A DNA stretch of 64,000 nucleotides from Azolla caroliniana. Lineage: Eukaryota > Plantae > Polypodiophyta. The translations under genes were made by a program, and so were the position numbers. The DNA lies in assembly GCA_043228905.1 (NCBI GenBank), contig JBHGNT010000018.1, positions 9,610,001 to 9,674,000 of the forward strand, read 5' to 3'. The notes beneath the pieces were generated by a model. The model saw nothing but the letters and a program-made list of their open reading frames with translations. It did not search any database and was not told the origin of the DNA. Below, in pieces: positions 13,098 through 25,225 of the stretch; position 1 is the stretch's first letter; every line of letters begins with the position of its first letter.

Positions 13098-14084
13098 CTA
13101 TCTTCTTGGCCTATGGGGACAATTGATGGCGATATGTCCTGGTCCACCGCAATAAAGACATAATCGATTGGCACGTCGTCGCTGCTTTTCTTCTTCCGAT
13201 AACGGGCCGCGTCGACGCATGGTATCGATCTCCATCGGTGTCGAAGTATTTGCTTGAGGTGTGTCTCGTGCAAACGGTTTAGCCGCGACTGCGGCGTAAG
13301 TGGGCTCTGGCCTAGAGCGTGGTATCTGTAATTGACGTTCTGAACGCCGTTCAAAAAGGCGGTTGTCACATCGAACTGCTCGACTGATTGCCTCCGTAAG
13401 AGACTTTGGTTCTTCGGGGAAAGTTAGAAGTAGATCTTTGACATCGTTTCGCAAGCCATAGCGAAACTGCTCCATTAGTGCTTGATCATCCCAGGGTATA
13501 TTTGAAGCAAGTAGGCGGAAATCACCCACGTAGGCAGAGGCTGGACGATCGCCTTGACGCAATCGCCGGATCTTGTTGATCGCCGTCCTGATGCTGTCGG
13601 TGTCTCCAAAGGAGGCTTTAAACTCACCAATAAAATCTTCAAAGTTATTAAGTAAGGGTGATTGTTTTTCTAGAAGCGGAGCAAACCATGCCAAGGCTGA
13701 GCCGCTAAGTAGTGTGCCTATTAGGCCGACTCGAGATGCATCAGTGGGATATCGGGAAGGATGCATCTGGATGACTAAGCGTACCTGATTAAGGAATCCC
13801 CGGAATTGCGAACGCGTTCCATCAAATTTCACAGGAAGTCCAATCTTGGGCTCTTTATGAAATCCTTGGGGACTGGATCCTTGTTGTTGCAACGCTGCTT
13901 CGAGTTGTTGTACCCGTAACGCTAACTCCCCATGTTGTTGTTGCGTTTGTTGTTTTTCTAGAGCGATTTGTTGCAGATCCCCTATCAGCCGTTGGTTTTC
14001 TTGTTCCAGGGCAACAAACTTTTCTTTTAGGCACTGTAGCTCGGAGAAAACGGATTGGTATTCTTGGGCGCTAACAGTAGCCAT
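13098..14084 (-). CDS. gag: Gag (capsid plus CCHC knuckle), probably with a premature stop
   Basis: PVKFDGTRSQFRGFLNQ, LRQG and CLYCGGPGHIAINC. The frame stays open for 56 more codons past the TAG, to a TGA at 12927-12929. Confidence 0.92.
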   Translation of the reverse strand: MATVSAQEYQSVFSELQCLKEKFVALEQENQRLIGDLQQIALEKQQTQQQHGELALRVQQLEAALQQQGSSPQGFHKEPKIGLPVKFDGTRSQFRGFLNQVRLVIQMHPSRYPTDASRVGLIGTLLSGSALAWFAPLLEKQSPLLNNFEDFIGEFKASFGDTDSIRTAINKIRRLRQGDRPASAYVGDFRLLASNIPWDDQALMEQFRYGLRNDVKDLLLTFPEEPKSLTEAISRAVRCDNRLFERRSERQLQIPRSRPEPTYAAVAAKPFARDTPQANTSTPMEIDTMRRRGPLSEEEKQRRRANRLCLYCGGPGHIAINCPHRPRR

Positions 14085-14139
14085 AGTATAGGGAAAAGGG
14101 TAGGAGGATGAGGGAGAGTGACAAGTAGGCTAGAGGTAA

Positions 14140-14153
14140 AAATTGGTTCAAAC
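14140..14153 (-). promoter_or_regulatory. Self-priming PBS (Tf1 type)
   Basis: Minus-strand TTGAACCAATT next to the 5' LTR is complementary to AATTGGTTCAA (14362-14372), ~30 nt downstream of the LTR TATA box (14400-14406). No TGG-type tRNA PBS is present. Confidence 0.8.
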
Positions 14154-14567
14154 TATCAGGAATAGTACTAAAACAGAGATGGAATTAGTACTAAGAACAA
14201 CAGTACTATTAGTACTAAGAGGACGGGACTGCGTAAGATTCCCGAGAGAGGAAGTGAGAAGAGGAGAGAGAGAGAGATAGCGAGAATGAGAGAGATGATG
14301 ACAGCAGCTATATATTATGTGAAAAGATAAGTACAAGCGGCTAAGAGGCTTAAGACTGGCGTTGAACCAATTTGGTTCAAAACAATGCCTTGTGCCTCCT
14401 TTTATAGTGTTTTTAGGAATAATCTTGAAGCTTCTAGAATGTTCCAGAGAGATCTGGAATATACATCAATTTTCTATGATAAAGTATAAATGAAAATAAT
14501 ATCCTACAAAATACAATTCCTAATCTAATGGTAGCATAAAGTCATGGGTTCGAGTCTTGCCATGACA
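14154..14567 (-). repeat. 5' LTR of the chromovirus (414 bp)
   Basis: Direct repeat of 8907-9346, followed by TSD CATGG. Confidence 0.95.
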
Positions 14568-15922
14568 CATGGTCTAGGATAGTGAATTCAAATTTGCACA
14601 AACTAGTGGTGGGTTTCAGACCCAACAAATGCAAAACTCTAGCGATGTAATATATTAAGGATTTACCATGCAAGCAAAAACTTATACTGTGATGGGTCCG
14701 AAGTGACTAAAAGCAATGAGGTATTTTGCAATTACCGACTAGTATATAGATGTTCAATATTTCCTAAAAAATCTATTGTGGTGATTCATTTGTGAGCAAT
14801 AACTAAGCATTTCACATACATTGGTTATTTATTCCCCAATTCAGAGTCATTGATTAGTAATTAGAGAAATTCAGACGATAGTCGACTCATTCTTTTGGTG
14901 CAAAGATGTGCCACTTGTAGCTCGGTGGATTGAGCTTCTGTTTCCTAAGCAGAAGACCGAAGGTTCGACCCCTTCCTAAAGCGATTAAAACAATGATCAA
15001 TCATTCCCTTTGCATTCAAAATGTTGTATTTGGTTTATCTGTCGCAGATCGAGGTTTACCCAATCTTATGTGCATAACACTAATAAGATACTCCACATTC
15101 ATGGTCTAGGATAGTGAATTCAAATTTGCACAAACTAGAGGTGGGTTTCAGACCCAACAAATACAAAACTGTAGCGATGTAATATATTAAGGATTTACCA
15201 TGCAAGAAAAAAGTTATACTGTAATAGGTCCCAAGTGACCAAAAGGAATGAGGTATTTTGCAATTAGAGACTAGTATAGATGTTTAGTATTTCCTAAAAA
15301 ATCGATTGCGGTGATTAATTTGTGAGCTATAATTAGCCATTTCACATACATTGATTATATATTCACCAATTCAGAGGCATTGATTAGTAATTAGAAAAAT
15401 TAGTAGAATAGTGGACCCTTTCTTTTAGAACCAATATTTGCCACTTGTAGTTCAATGGATAGATCATCTGTTTCCTAAGCGAAAGGCTGAAGGACTTATT
15501 TTACGTGTCGACGATCAAGGTTTATCCAATCTCATGTGCATAACACCACTAAGATACTCCACATTCCTTGTTTGGGATAGTGAATTTAAATTTGCATAAA
15601 TTAGAAGTGGCTTTCAGACCAAAAAATTGCAAAACTCTAACGATGTATTATACATTAAGGGTTTACCATGGAAACAAAAACTCATAGTGTGATGGGTCCT
15701 GAGTCACAAAAATGAATGAGGTATTTTGCATTTAGATACTCGTATAGATGTTCAATACTTCCTCAAAAATGAATTAGGATGATTCATTTGTGAGCTATAA
15801 CTAAGCATTTCACATACATTGATTATTTATTCCCCAATTCAAGCTCAATTATTAGGAATTAGAGAAATTCATACGATAGTCGACTCTTTCTTTTGGTGCC
15901 ATGATCAAGCACTTCTAGATCA
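14568..15922 (+). repeat. tRNA-Arg(CCT)-containing tandem array, block 3
   Basis: Resumes in register after the TSD. tRNA-like copy at 14911-14983 and partial copies at ~15441 and 15909. The last copy is cut by a copia LTR. Confidence 0.9.
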
Positions 15923-16149
15923 TGAAGAGAATATGCGGAATAATGCTCGGCCACAACCGAGTCTTCAACTACTTCGTTGAGAATTACAATCACAGAAATT
16001 GGAATGTGGAGATAGATGCATGTATACACAAAATACTGAAAGAGAGTACACAAGAAAATGATACACAAATATTACAGTAATAAGTCACAAAGGCAACAAC
16101 CTTGTGCTTTCAATCTTCGCCAACAAGCGGTTACAACATAGACTGTTCA

Positions 16150-16188
<39 letters not shown>

Positions 16189-16860
16189 AAGCTTTGTGCA
16201 ACAGTTACACAAAATTACTCTTACGATGATCTACAACCACACCCTCAATAGTGTTTGCCCTAGGTCATGTTTATACTAATATGACTTTCGGGCTATTTAC
16301 AAATATAGCCACAATGGGCTATTTACATCTATGTCCCTTCATCCGGTGAGAGGTTCTCACCGGGCCTACGTCATCTGGTTCTCACCAGGTCTGCGTTGCC
16401 GGGTACTCATATCCCATCCGGAGGGATTGAAATCCTAACAAACTCCCCCTTCACTCTGGCATGGGATGCCTCGTCAATCCGATCTTCTTCCTGCATGCAT
16501 CTAGCTTGTTAGGTGTCAACACTTTGGTCAGCATATCTAACCTGTTCTCCTCCATGTGGATTTTCATCAGCACAAACTCCCGATCTTCTACTCGCTACCG
16601 TATCCAGTGATTCTCGCGTTGGATGTGTTTTGTCCCGATCTTCTTTACAAGGTGGATGACACTCTGCCTATCACAGTAGAGACAGTATTCCTCTTGCCGG
16701 ATCCCTAGCTCTCCGATGAAGTCCTTCATCCATAGTATTTCCTTGCCGAATTCCACAATTGCCGTGTACTCCACTTCTGTGGTTGACTACGCAACTGTCT
16801 TCTGCAACCTCGATTGCTACGAGACAACTCCGCCTGCATATGTATGACATATTGGGATGT
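15923..16860 (-). mobile_element. Ty1/copia 3' fragment: LTR (15923-16440), PPT and degenerate RNase H
   Basis: LTR ends GAAATCCTAACA, followed by the AACTCCCCCTTCAC pyrimidine tract. RNase H remnant is homologous to 46833-47250. (CT)n microsatellite at ~16153-16184. Confidence 0.85.
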
Positions 16861-16871
16861 TGACTGGTTGG

Positions 16872-18704
16872 TGTTGTATGGTTTTAGGGTTAGGGTTAAT
16901 GGTAATGATGATTATCAATGCTGAAGATAGACATGGTGTAATAATGAAGATGATGGAGAGTATGATGGTGAGAAAGATCATGAAGATGTTGACAAGCATT
17001 GAGAAGCATTGTGGGGTGGGGGGTGGTGCCTAGAATGGCTCCACCCCCCTCCCAAGGGGGTTCAACGTTAAGAGGAGGGAAGAGAGAGAGGGAGAGAGAG
17101 ATGACAAGAGAAAGATTGAGAGAGAAATGGTTATTGTATTCATTCATTCCCCTTAAGGGGTTAAATAGATACAAAGGGTTAGATACACAACGGTGCAAGC
17201 CCCTTGGGCATTCACACCTCTTTGTATCCACCACACTCACACTTACATTCACACTCATAATTGTATAACATTACACGTACATATCAACACATTACATCTT
17301 TCACCCTCACTTATCACAGTTATCAATCACTCGTACATCTTGTACGGTAACACAATATGGTACGTCGGTGGGAGAGTGCCTTGCACGTCAATCCCACATG
17401 CCTTGATCATAATCTTTCTTCGATCGGAACTTCCATCAGTCCTCTCAACGATCCACTCCCTCGATCGGAGCGCTTCACTCGAACATTTTTGTCGGTCAGT
17501 GAATCTTCATCAACACGAACATTCTCGTTTTGTCGTTCACGAACTTCGGTAACATCAACGATCGACTCCCTCGATCGGAGCGCTTGACTCGAACATCTTC
17601 GTCGGTTAGCGAATCTTCGGCTATCCAGCATGTCCAGTTGTCTCTTCTGGTGTGTTTCGGCCAGTTATTAAATACGGTCATTCGTCCTCCCGGTTGTGAC
17701 CTTCCGGCTCTTTCTCTCCGTCAGTGTCAGTGTCGCTGTTCTGGCCATCGAGTCATCTTAGTCCGGCCCGTTCAACCTGTTTCTGTATCCAGCCATCTCC
17801 GTTTCAGTCCTGTCGTTTCGTCGTCGTTCGACACTATCAGTCGTCTTCCAGTTGTGCGTCCGGTCCGTTGTCCTGACGGCCTGTTTGCTTCCCCGGTCTT
17901 GTCTAGCCCTCCGGCCGCACCGGCTGCTCCAGCCATTGTCCGGCTATTTCGACCGGTTTCCGGCTCTTCTGGCCGCTCTTTCCGCTATCTGGCTCGTCTG
18001 GCCATGTTTGTCTGGTCCATCTCCAGATGTCTCTGTCGCCGGCCTTGTCGGCCTTATTCGGCCATCTGTTTTGGCCGAGGTCCATCGCTTTTCGGTGTCA
18101 GTCATTGTTTCGGCCGTCTAAATCTGGCGGGCTTTTCGGCTGTCGTCGGCCCATTACAGCCGCTTCGGTGCTAACCAACTCTGGTTCTGGTTCCGACTCT
18201 CTCCACGTTGCTTCTTTTGGACACTGTGAATAGTTCCGATTCCGGTCCCGTGCATTCTCAGCACATCCTGTCGGCCTCCGCTTCACACTACGTCTTCCTC
18301 CGTAGTCTCCTGGTGGGCGTCTCTATCCGGTAGTGCTAGCACCGGCTCCCTTCTAATCGGAGTTTCTTTGTCGGTTCCTCTGCACACACATGTTGTCATT
18401 AACCGCATACTCGCACATACGTCATTGCTATTCTCGCACTCTTGTTGATTCCATTTCGGGTTCTCTTGCACATTCATTCATTCCCCATAAGGGGTTAAAT
18501 AGATACAAAGGGTTAGATACACAACGGTGCAAGCCCCTTGGGCATTCACACCTAACCACTCACTCACACCTCTTTGTATCCACCACACTCACACTTACAT
18601 TCACACTCATAATCGTATAACATTACACATACATATCAACACATTACATCTTTCACCCTCACTTATCATAGTTATCAATCACCCGTACATCTCATACAGT
18701 AACA
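16872..18704 (-). mobile_element. LTR family B fragment: LTR 16872-17352, ~1.1 kb internal sequence and partial LTR 18471-18704
   Basis: TGTT...AACA termini. The right part is repeated at 18471-18704 and the left part at 59516-59792. Orientation is inferred from minus-strand TATA-like and CT-rich tracts. Confidence 0.7.
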
Positions 18705-19705
18705 ATCGACATGAGCCTGTACAACAACTTCAACGAAGAGAGCAAGGCTCATGAACTCTGGGTGAAGATCGACATCATGTTCCAGAACAAGAATGTTGTT
18801 AATCGGGTTTCGGTATTTCGGAAGCTAGTGAGGCTCCGGTACCAAGATGGCTCTAGTATGGCGGAGAACATGAATGCTTTCCAGGGGCTGATACACCAAG
18901 CAACCTCATTGGAAGTACCTTTCTCCGATGAGGTACTTGCTCTACTCCTGCTCGGTTCCCTCCTGGATAGCTGGGAGACGTTAGTTGTCACTTTGGGCAA
19001 CACCGGGCCGGAAGGAAAACAGTTATCCCTAGCAAGAGTCAAGTCGAGCTTGCTTGATGAGGAGGCGCCTTAGAAAGACAAGGATATGAGATCAGACTCC
19101 AAAGTGCTCCTTACCGAATCGGAGTCCCCAGAACTGGGAAAAGTCGGGGATACGGTCAAAGTCAAGGGGCCCACTTGCTTCTATTGCGGCAAGCCGGGGC
19201 ACTTCCATAAGAACTGTCGGCATTTCAGGAAAGACAAGGGAACCGACAGTACCAATTCGAAGAAGCCACCGGACGGAAACGGTTCGAATCAGCGAGGACC
19301 AGACTGGAAGGGAACGACGGTAATCGCGGCAAGTGAAGACAATTTGATGCTCATCACCGAGGAGAGTGAGTTGAACCTTGTCGTCGACGAGACAACATGG
19401 TTTGTCGACTCCGGAGCGTTGTTCCACCTTACCCTAGACCGGAAATGATTCTCATCCTACACAGCCGGTGAGCACGGCTGTGTCCGGATGGGGAATGAAG
19501 GGACATGCCGAATTATCGGCATAGGAGATGTGTTGTTGACAACATCAACCGGATGCAAGTTGTTGCTGAAGGATGTCCGACACGTTCCAGAGGTTCAACT
19601 GAACCTGATATAAGCCGGTCGGCTAGATGATGAAGGCTACACAGGTAGCATCCGGAACGGTGTCATGAAGTTCTGCAAAGGGAGCTTAATATTGGCTCAA
19701 GCACG
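18705..19705 (+). pseudogene. Ty1/copia (Tnt1/Tork-like) gag-protease remnant, copia A left part
   Basis: LLLGSLLDSWETLV, CFYCGKPGHFHKNC and WFVDSGA. Homologous to the intact copia ORF at 46833-50906, with stops. Confidence 0.88.
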
Positions 19706-22700
19706 AGGTTCTCAACCCTCGCGCTCTAATACCATGAAAATAATTGCGTGCAGAAGCAATATAGGAAAACTGAACAACAGAAAACGCAGGTTTAATGGAA
19801 AGCTTAGGTTTTCACAATACGCACGGGAGAGACAGAGAGAGAGTAAAACACAGAACTTAATTCAAAAATAATATTCAATCTGTACATAGGATGTCCTCAA
19901 TGAGCACTTTTATACAAGCCCTGACAATCGGCCTGACACAAGTACTGACAATACTTGACTGCTCATAAATGAGCTTCGACTCTTACTCCCAAAACTATTC
20001 CTTACGAAGAATATCTCTCTAACGGCCTTTCGGTTTACGCACCGATACGACCTTCCTACGCACCAGTCTGCGTACCGGTTTACGCACCCATTTTATGGAC
20101 TGGTCCTGCCTAACCGATCGGTCCCAACCTATCCAATCCTCGACTTGCTCAGCTGATCCGGCCGATGTTGAGCTTGTCTCTTAACACTCCCCCTCAAGCT
20201 CAACTTGAGGTTCCTCCTGCTCCGCCAGATCTACCCTCCGGCTTCTCCTGGCTTCACGCCTTGCTCGCGCTCCTCGGCCTGTTCGACTCCGCGCGCTTCG
20301 ACCCTTCCGTTCGGCTTGTCTGCTCCCACGGCCCTTCTCAGCTTCCTTGTTGTTGCAGTGTTGGCGCCGCTTATGCCGCCTTCTCTTCCGCTTGGCCCTT
20401 GGTTGATTCCGCGTATCTGAACCAACTTGGCTACCTCCGATCGGTTTTCGCTCTCGTCCAAGTTGGTTATCTACAACTCTTCTTCGGTCTTCTCACCCTT
20501 AACGGCGTCATCTCCCCCATGCTTGGTTGGCTTCGACTCTTTCTTCCAGGTGCTCCCTTTGTGTCCACTTTTGGACTCTTCCGCAGGTCCACCCTCGGCT
20601 TCTTCAGCTGATCCAAAATCGAATTCATCATCCGACTTGGTTCCGTGGTCATTCAGGATACTTCTCCCCCTCAAGTTCGGCACGTCGAGGTGATGCAACC
20701 CAAGCGCACCCGAGAATTGTGACAACTTGTCCAAACCAAGAGGCTTGGTGAAGATGTCGGCGGGTTTCTGATCCGTCGGAACATACTGAAGTTCGACTTC
20801 ACCAGAGAGAACACGCTCACGGACGAAATGGTAATGCACCTCAATGTGCTTAGTCTAGGCGTGGAAAACAGGGTTCTTGGCAAGCTTGGATGCTGGTGAG
20901 GTTGTCGCAGTAGATAGTCGTCGGATCGGACACCTCGTCTTGTAGGTCTTTAAGTAGCCGTTTCAACCATATGGCTTCGCATATCGCGACAGCCGCTCCT
21001 CGGTACTCAGCTTCGGTGCTCGACAGTGCAACTATCGGATGCTTCTTACTACTCCACGCGATTGCGGCACTCCCAAGAGAGAACGCTTATCCGGACGTGG
21101 ATCGGCAATTGGCGACGTTGCTAGCCCAATTAGCGTCGGTGTAGCCAACCAATGGCGAGGTTGTACCGGTCCGATATAGCAGTCCCCGGTTCTTAGTGCC
21201 GCTTACATACCGCACTACGTGTTGCGCACACTGAAGGTGCTCCTCAGTAGGTCGCGCCATAAACTAACTGATCACACCGACTAGATAACTGAGATCGGGT
21301 CGGGTGATGGTCAAGTATATGAGGCTGCCGACTATCTGTTGGAACCTCGTCAGGTCGCATACCTTGCCGGACTCGGGGCGAAGCTTGATGGTTCTATCCA
21401 GAGGAGTCGAGACGGACTTACAGTTTGCCATCCTGAGTTTGAAGAGCATATTCAGCACGTAATGACGTTGGCTGATCAGTATGCCTTCGGGGGTGCGGAT
21501 CACTTCAATCCCGAGGAAGTAATGAAGGTTCCCCAGATCCTTCATGTCGAATGATGTTGCGAGCTGGAGCTTCACGCGGTCGGTTTCACCTAGGTTGGCA
21601 CCGGTGATGACCAAGTCATCAACATATAGTAAAAAAATAACCGCTCCGAGTCAACCTTTTCGAATGAACAGGGAAGAGTCTGATTTTGACGTTGCAAAAC
21701 CCATCCGATGCAGTTGCTGCATGATCTTCGCGTTCCAGCCACGCGGGGCTTGCTTCAGTCCGTAAAGGGACTTCTTCAATCGGCACACTGCCGAAGTGCT
21801 CGTTCCGGAGTAAAATCCGGGGGGTTGTACCATGTACACTTGTTCCTCAAGCTCACCTTGCAAGAACACATTGTTTACATCCATTTGATGTATAAGTGCC
21901 ACCCCTTTGCTGCAGCTACCGGGAGCAAAACATGGACGGTTGTTATCTTCGCGACCGGTGGAAATGTCTCATCGTAGTCGATGTCGTGTTTCTGCGAGTA
22001 GCCATTCGCTACTAACCGCGCCTTGTATCGGTTGACCATGCCGTTGGTGTTGTACTTGACCTTGTACACCCACCTACATCCGATCGGCTTCACACCCTTT
22101 GGTGTGTCAACTAGGTCCCAGGTCTCATTTTCCGCCAATGCGTGCATCTCTTCCTCCATCGCGGCACGCCAATTCGCGTCCTTAACCGCTTCTGCGTAGC
22201 TCCGACTCATGCACTTCCGCTACACGGGTCATGTACGCACAATGATGCGCCATGTACTCGTTGTATCGGAACCGCACAACTGGGTTCTTCTGGTGGGTAG
22301 ATCGGCGTAATCGGTCTTTAGCCGATGTCGAGGTCTTCCCTCGGAGTCGGACTTGCGTCGATCCGACTCGTTCCTATCCGTGCCGTCGATCCGTACATAT
22401 ATACATATACAATGAGGGCAAGTAAGTATTCGAACCTTGCACCTCCGAGTTAGGAGTCAATTGGCTTACCATTAAGCCATGCCATTTAGTTGAATTTATA
22501 TTTCTATCATTGTACTTTTACATGTAAATTCTCATACATGAGAGCTAAAATGAGTGACATGGTTATCATGCACCACATGTAATACATGAGCGCCAAATGG
22601 CAAACATGCATTTTATGCATGTCTTGTACCCTCACATGCATCATATGCATGAGAGCATCTATAAAAGAAGGAAGGGGGAGGAGAAAAAACACGGTTTTTT

Positions 22701-23126
22701 TTTTGTTATAAAATTAAGAAGAAGAAATTCGTTATCAAATTGATCGTGTAACTTGTTTCTTAAATCCAAAGATAAAAGTTCAATCAATCGCTCTCAATTG
22801 TTTAATCTCAACTTCTCTCTTTCCCAATCTATCTTAAGTACTTTCTCGCTAAAGCTTGCACCAAAGCTTGTATTGACTTTGAATCCTTCCGGTCCAGAAC
22901 CCCGGCGGTTCCGCCTCACGATCCGCGCGTAGTGACGGATCTTCACGACATAATTAAGTGGTGAACCCGACGTGAAAGAGGCAGTAGGAAGGATCAAGTC
23001 GAGATTAATACTTGGAGATGGTGTCCTCAAGCAACCAAGCGGGAGAGCTCGAAAGGATGATGCTAATCGTCGAGCAAATGATAAGAGCTCGGGACAACGA
23101 CGTGAGCGTGGAGAAGGCTGTCGATC

Positions 23127-25160
23127 ATGTTACGAAGGAACGTTACGAAGTTCCTTGATGCATATAGAAGGGAGATGAATCAGAGGGACGTGTCCGAGGC
23201 ACGTCAAATCGCAAGCTTCAAGAGAGTTGTCCCCAACAACATCCAAAGACGCGTCATTGAGCTTCATGAAGGTAAGACAACATGGTCCGAGTTCGAGAAA
23301 ACAATACTAGCGAAGTTCGTGACTGAATACTCAACGAGGATGACTCGACATGCCCTGATGAAGTGGATAGAGAAGAAGAATAAGAAGACGAGCATCTCGA
23401 GGGTGTACGACGAATTCGACCAGATGTTTAGTCGTCTCCCCAATACGGACCAAGTGTTGCTTGAAGAGGAGAAGACTTTGTACTTCTTGAAGGCCGTGGA
23501 CATAAAGGATAGACGGGAGTTGGGGACTCTTCTCGAAGATGATACCCAAGCAAATGGGCTCGTAGCAGACTGGATCGCGGTTAAGCGGGCATGCAATAGG
23601 CTCAACAAGCGTCGCCAATGGGTTGATGAAACCGACTTGACGGGATCGACTACCACGGAGAAAGCAAGACCGCCGAAAGCAGCTGAGCCGCCAAGACAAA
23701 GTAACGTGGAAGAAAAGAAGATTGATAACGACATCATTGAAGAGCTAGCGAAGAAGTTCGAGAAGGTCACGCTAGCCAACATGAATCGTCGGGGCCCTAA
23801 AGGAAAAGAACCCTTTAGATGCGTGTGGTGCGATAGCATGGACCACATGAGAAGGGATTGTGCGAGCCTTCGGGAGGCGATTCGACAAAATATCGTATAC
23901 ATAGAGGACAACATGATCTGCTCGAGCGAGAGTAGAAGACCCCTGGGTGCATTTCGGAAGAGGAGGAATGAAGAAATCTATGGAGGATGCCGATGTGACT
24001 CATGTGGATGTGATGCACTATACTGCGTCGGCCGGATAAGAGTCGGGAAAGACAAGACTGAAGCTGCTAGAGCGGGAGCAAAGTTTTGGACTTCCGTTCT
24101 CGAATATGAGAAGAAGGGAAAAGTCACATCGAACGAGGTAGAGCTTGCGGACCGAAGCATGCAAAGCATAACCAGGTGGTCGGATCCGGTGGACGACAAC
24201 ACCATACTCGTAGAGGTGATGTGCGACAACCACGAGGTGTTCGTCGAAGAAAAGAGAAAGAGAATAGTAGAGCTAGGCCCATCAAAAAGACATGAAACAA
24301 GGAATGGGAAAAAGAAGGACGATGCGGAGACGAGTCAACCTTTACAAATGAAGGAACGAGAATCAAGCCGAAAAGGGGAGCCGAGCATACGAGTTGAAGA
24401 AACGGTTCGGCCCGTGAAGGTTGGTGTCGAAGACCCCGCTCGAAGGACAAGGACTATACCTACCTATAAGCTAAGGTCGAACAAAGAGCAGATGACGGAC
24501 CTAAAGAAGATTCTCCAAGAACTCGTTCTTGATAGCCACGTAACTTTGTCCTTGATAGAATTTCTTGGCATTACAAAGAAGGAGTTCCATGACACGATCG
24601 TGGACCTTGTAAAGAGAAAGAGACAACAATCGGACGAGGAAGAAGAGAAGCCGCAAAAAGAAAAAACGAATGCCATAACGATGGCAAGAGACAAAGTCGA
24701 TGAAGATATGGTGGACAACCACTATACTCGACCTCATTGGGCACGAGCGACAACGGAGACGCCGGTGAAGATCGGGGAGAAGAAAGAGACCGTGGTAGCC
24801 TTGATCGACCACGTCTCGGAGATTAACCTCATGCCAATCAATACAAACCACGGATGGAAGATTCGCGCGGCAACAAAGTCTACGGAGGATTTGTACGGAG
24901 CTTGTCCCAATGTCAAAGTCACGATCGGGGATGTGGAGATGGATCAACACTTCTTCGTACAAGAATCGGCGTCGCATCCTGTCATCCTAGGGCAACCTTA
25001 TATCACATCATCTCGGATGGAGACCAAAGTGTTCGATAATGGAGCAGCCTTCGCACGAATAAAGAGTCTTGACAACCAAAGATCGGTCCAATTCTTAGCG
25101 GTGCGAGCCAATCATGAAAGGAATCGAGATAGTCTCGGAGGCGAATCCTCGGATTTTTAG
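23127..25160 (+). pseudogene. gag: Gag-protease of gypsy D1 (frameshifted segments)
   Basis: CVWCDSMDHMRRDC knuckle, ALIDHVSEINL (degenerate aspartic protease) and VILGQPY. Confidence 0.8.
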
Positions 25161-25225
25161 AGCGGACTATTGAAGCATGGGGCACAAATAGTCCGAGCAG
25201 TTACAAGACCCCACAAGAAAGAAGA

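Larger units (their letters stand above)
8907..14567 (-). mobile_element. Full-length Ty3/gypsy chromovirus (Tcn1/Tf1-like) inserted in the tRNA array
   Basis: Near-identical LTRs at 8907-9346 and 14154-14567. TSD CATGG at 8902-8906 and 14568-14572. PPT at ~9347-9361. Gag plus PR-RT-RH-IN-chromodomain. Confidence 0.97.

Noticed and set aside
143-15922. Cluster of functional tRNA genes
   Set aside because: Every copy inspected has A-box, B-box or stem mutations, and most lack a clear T4+ terminator. Treated as pseudogenes.
16882-16897. Telomeric repeat TTTAGGGTTAGGG (also ~59526)
   Set aside because: Only two units, inside LTR family B. This is a telo-box-like motif, not a telomere.
17530-18174. 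214-aa plus-strand ORF
   Set aside because: Low-complexity Arg/Ser/Pro-rich frame in a retroelement interior with no recognisable domain. Probably an antisense shadow.
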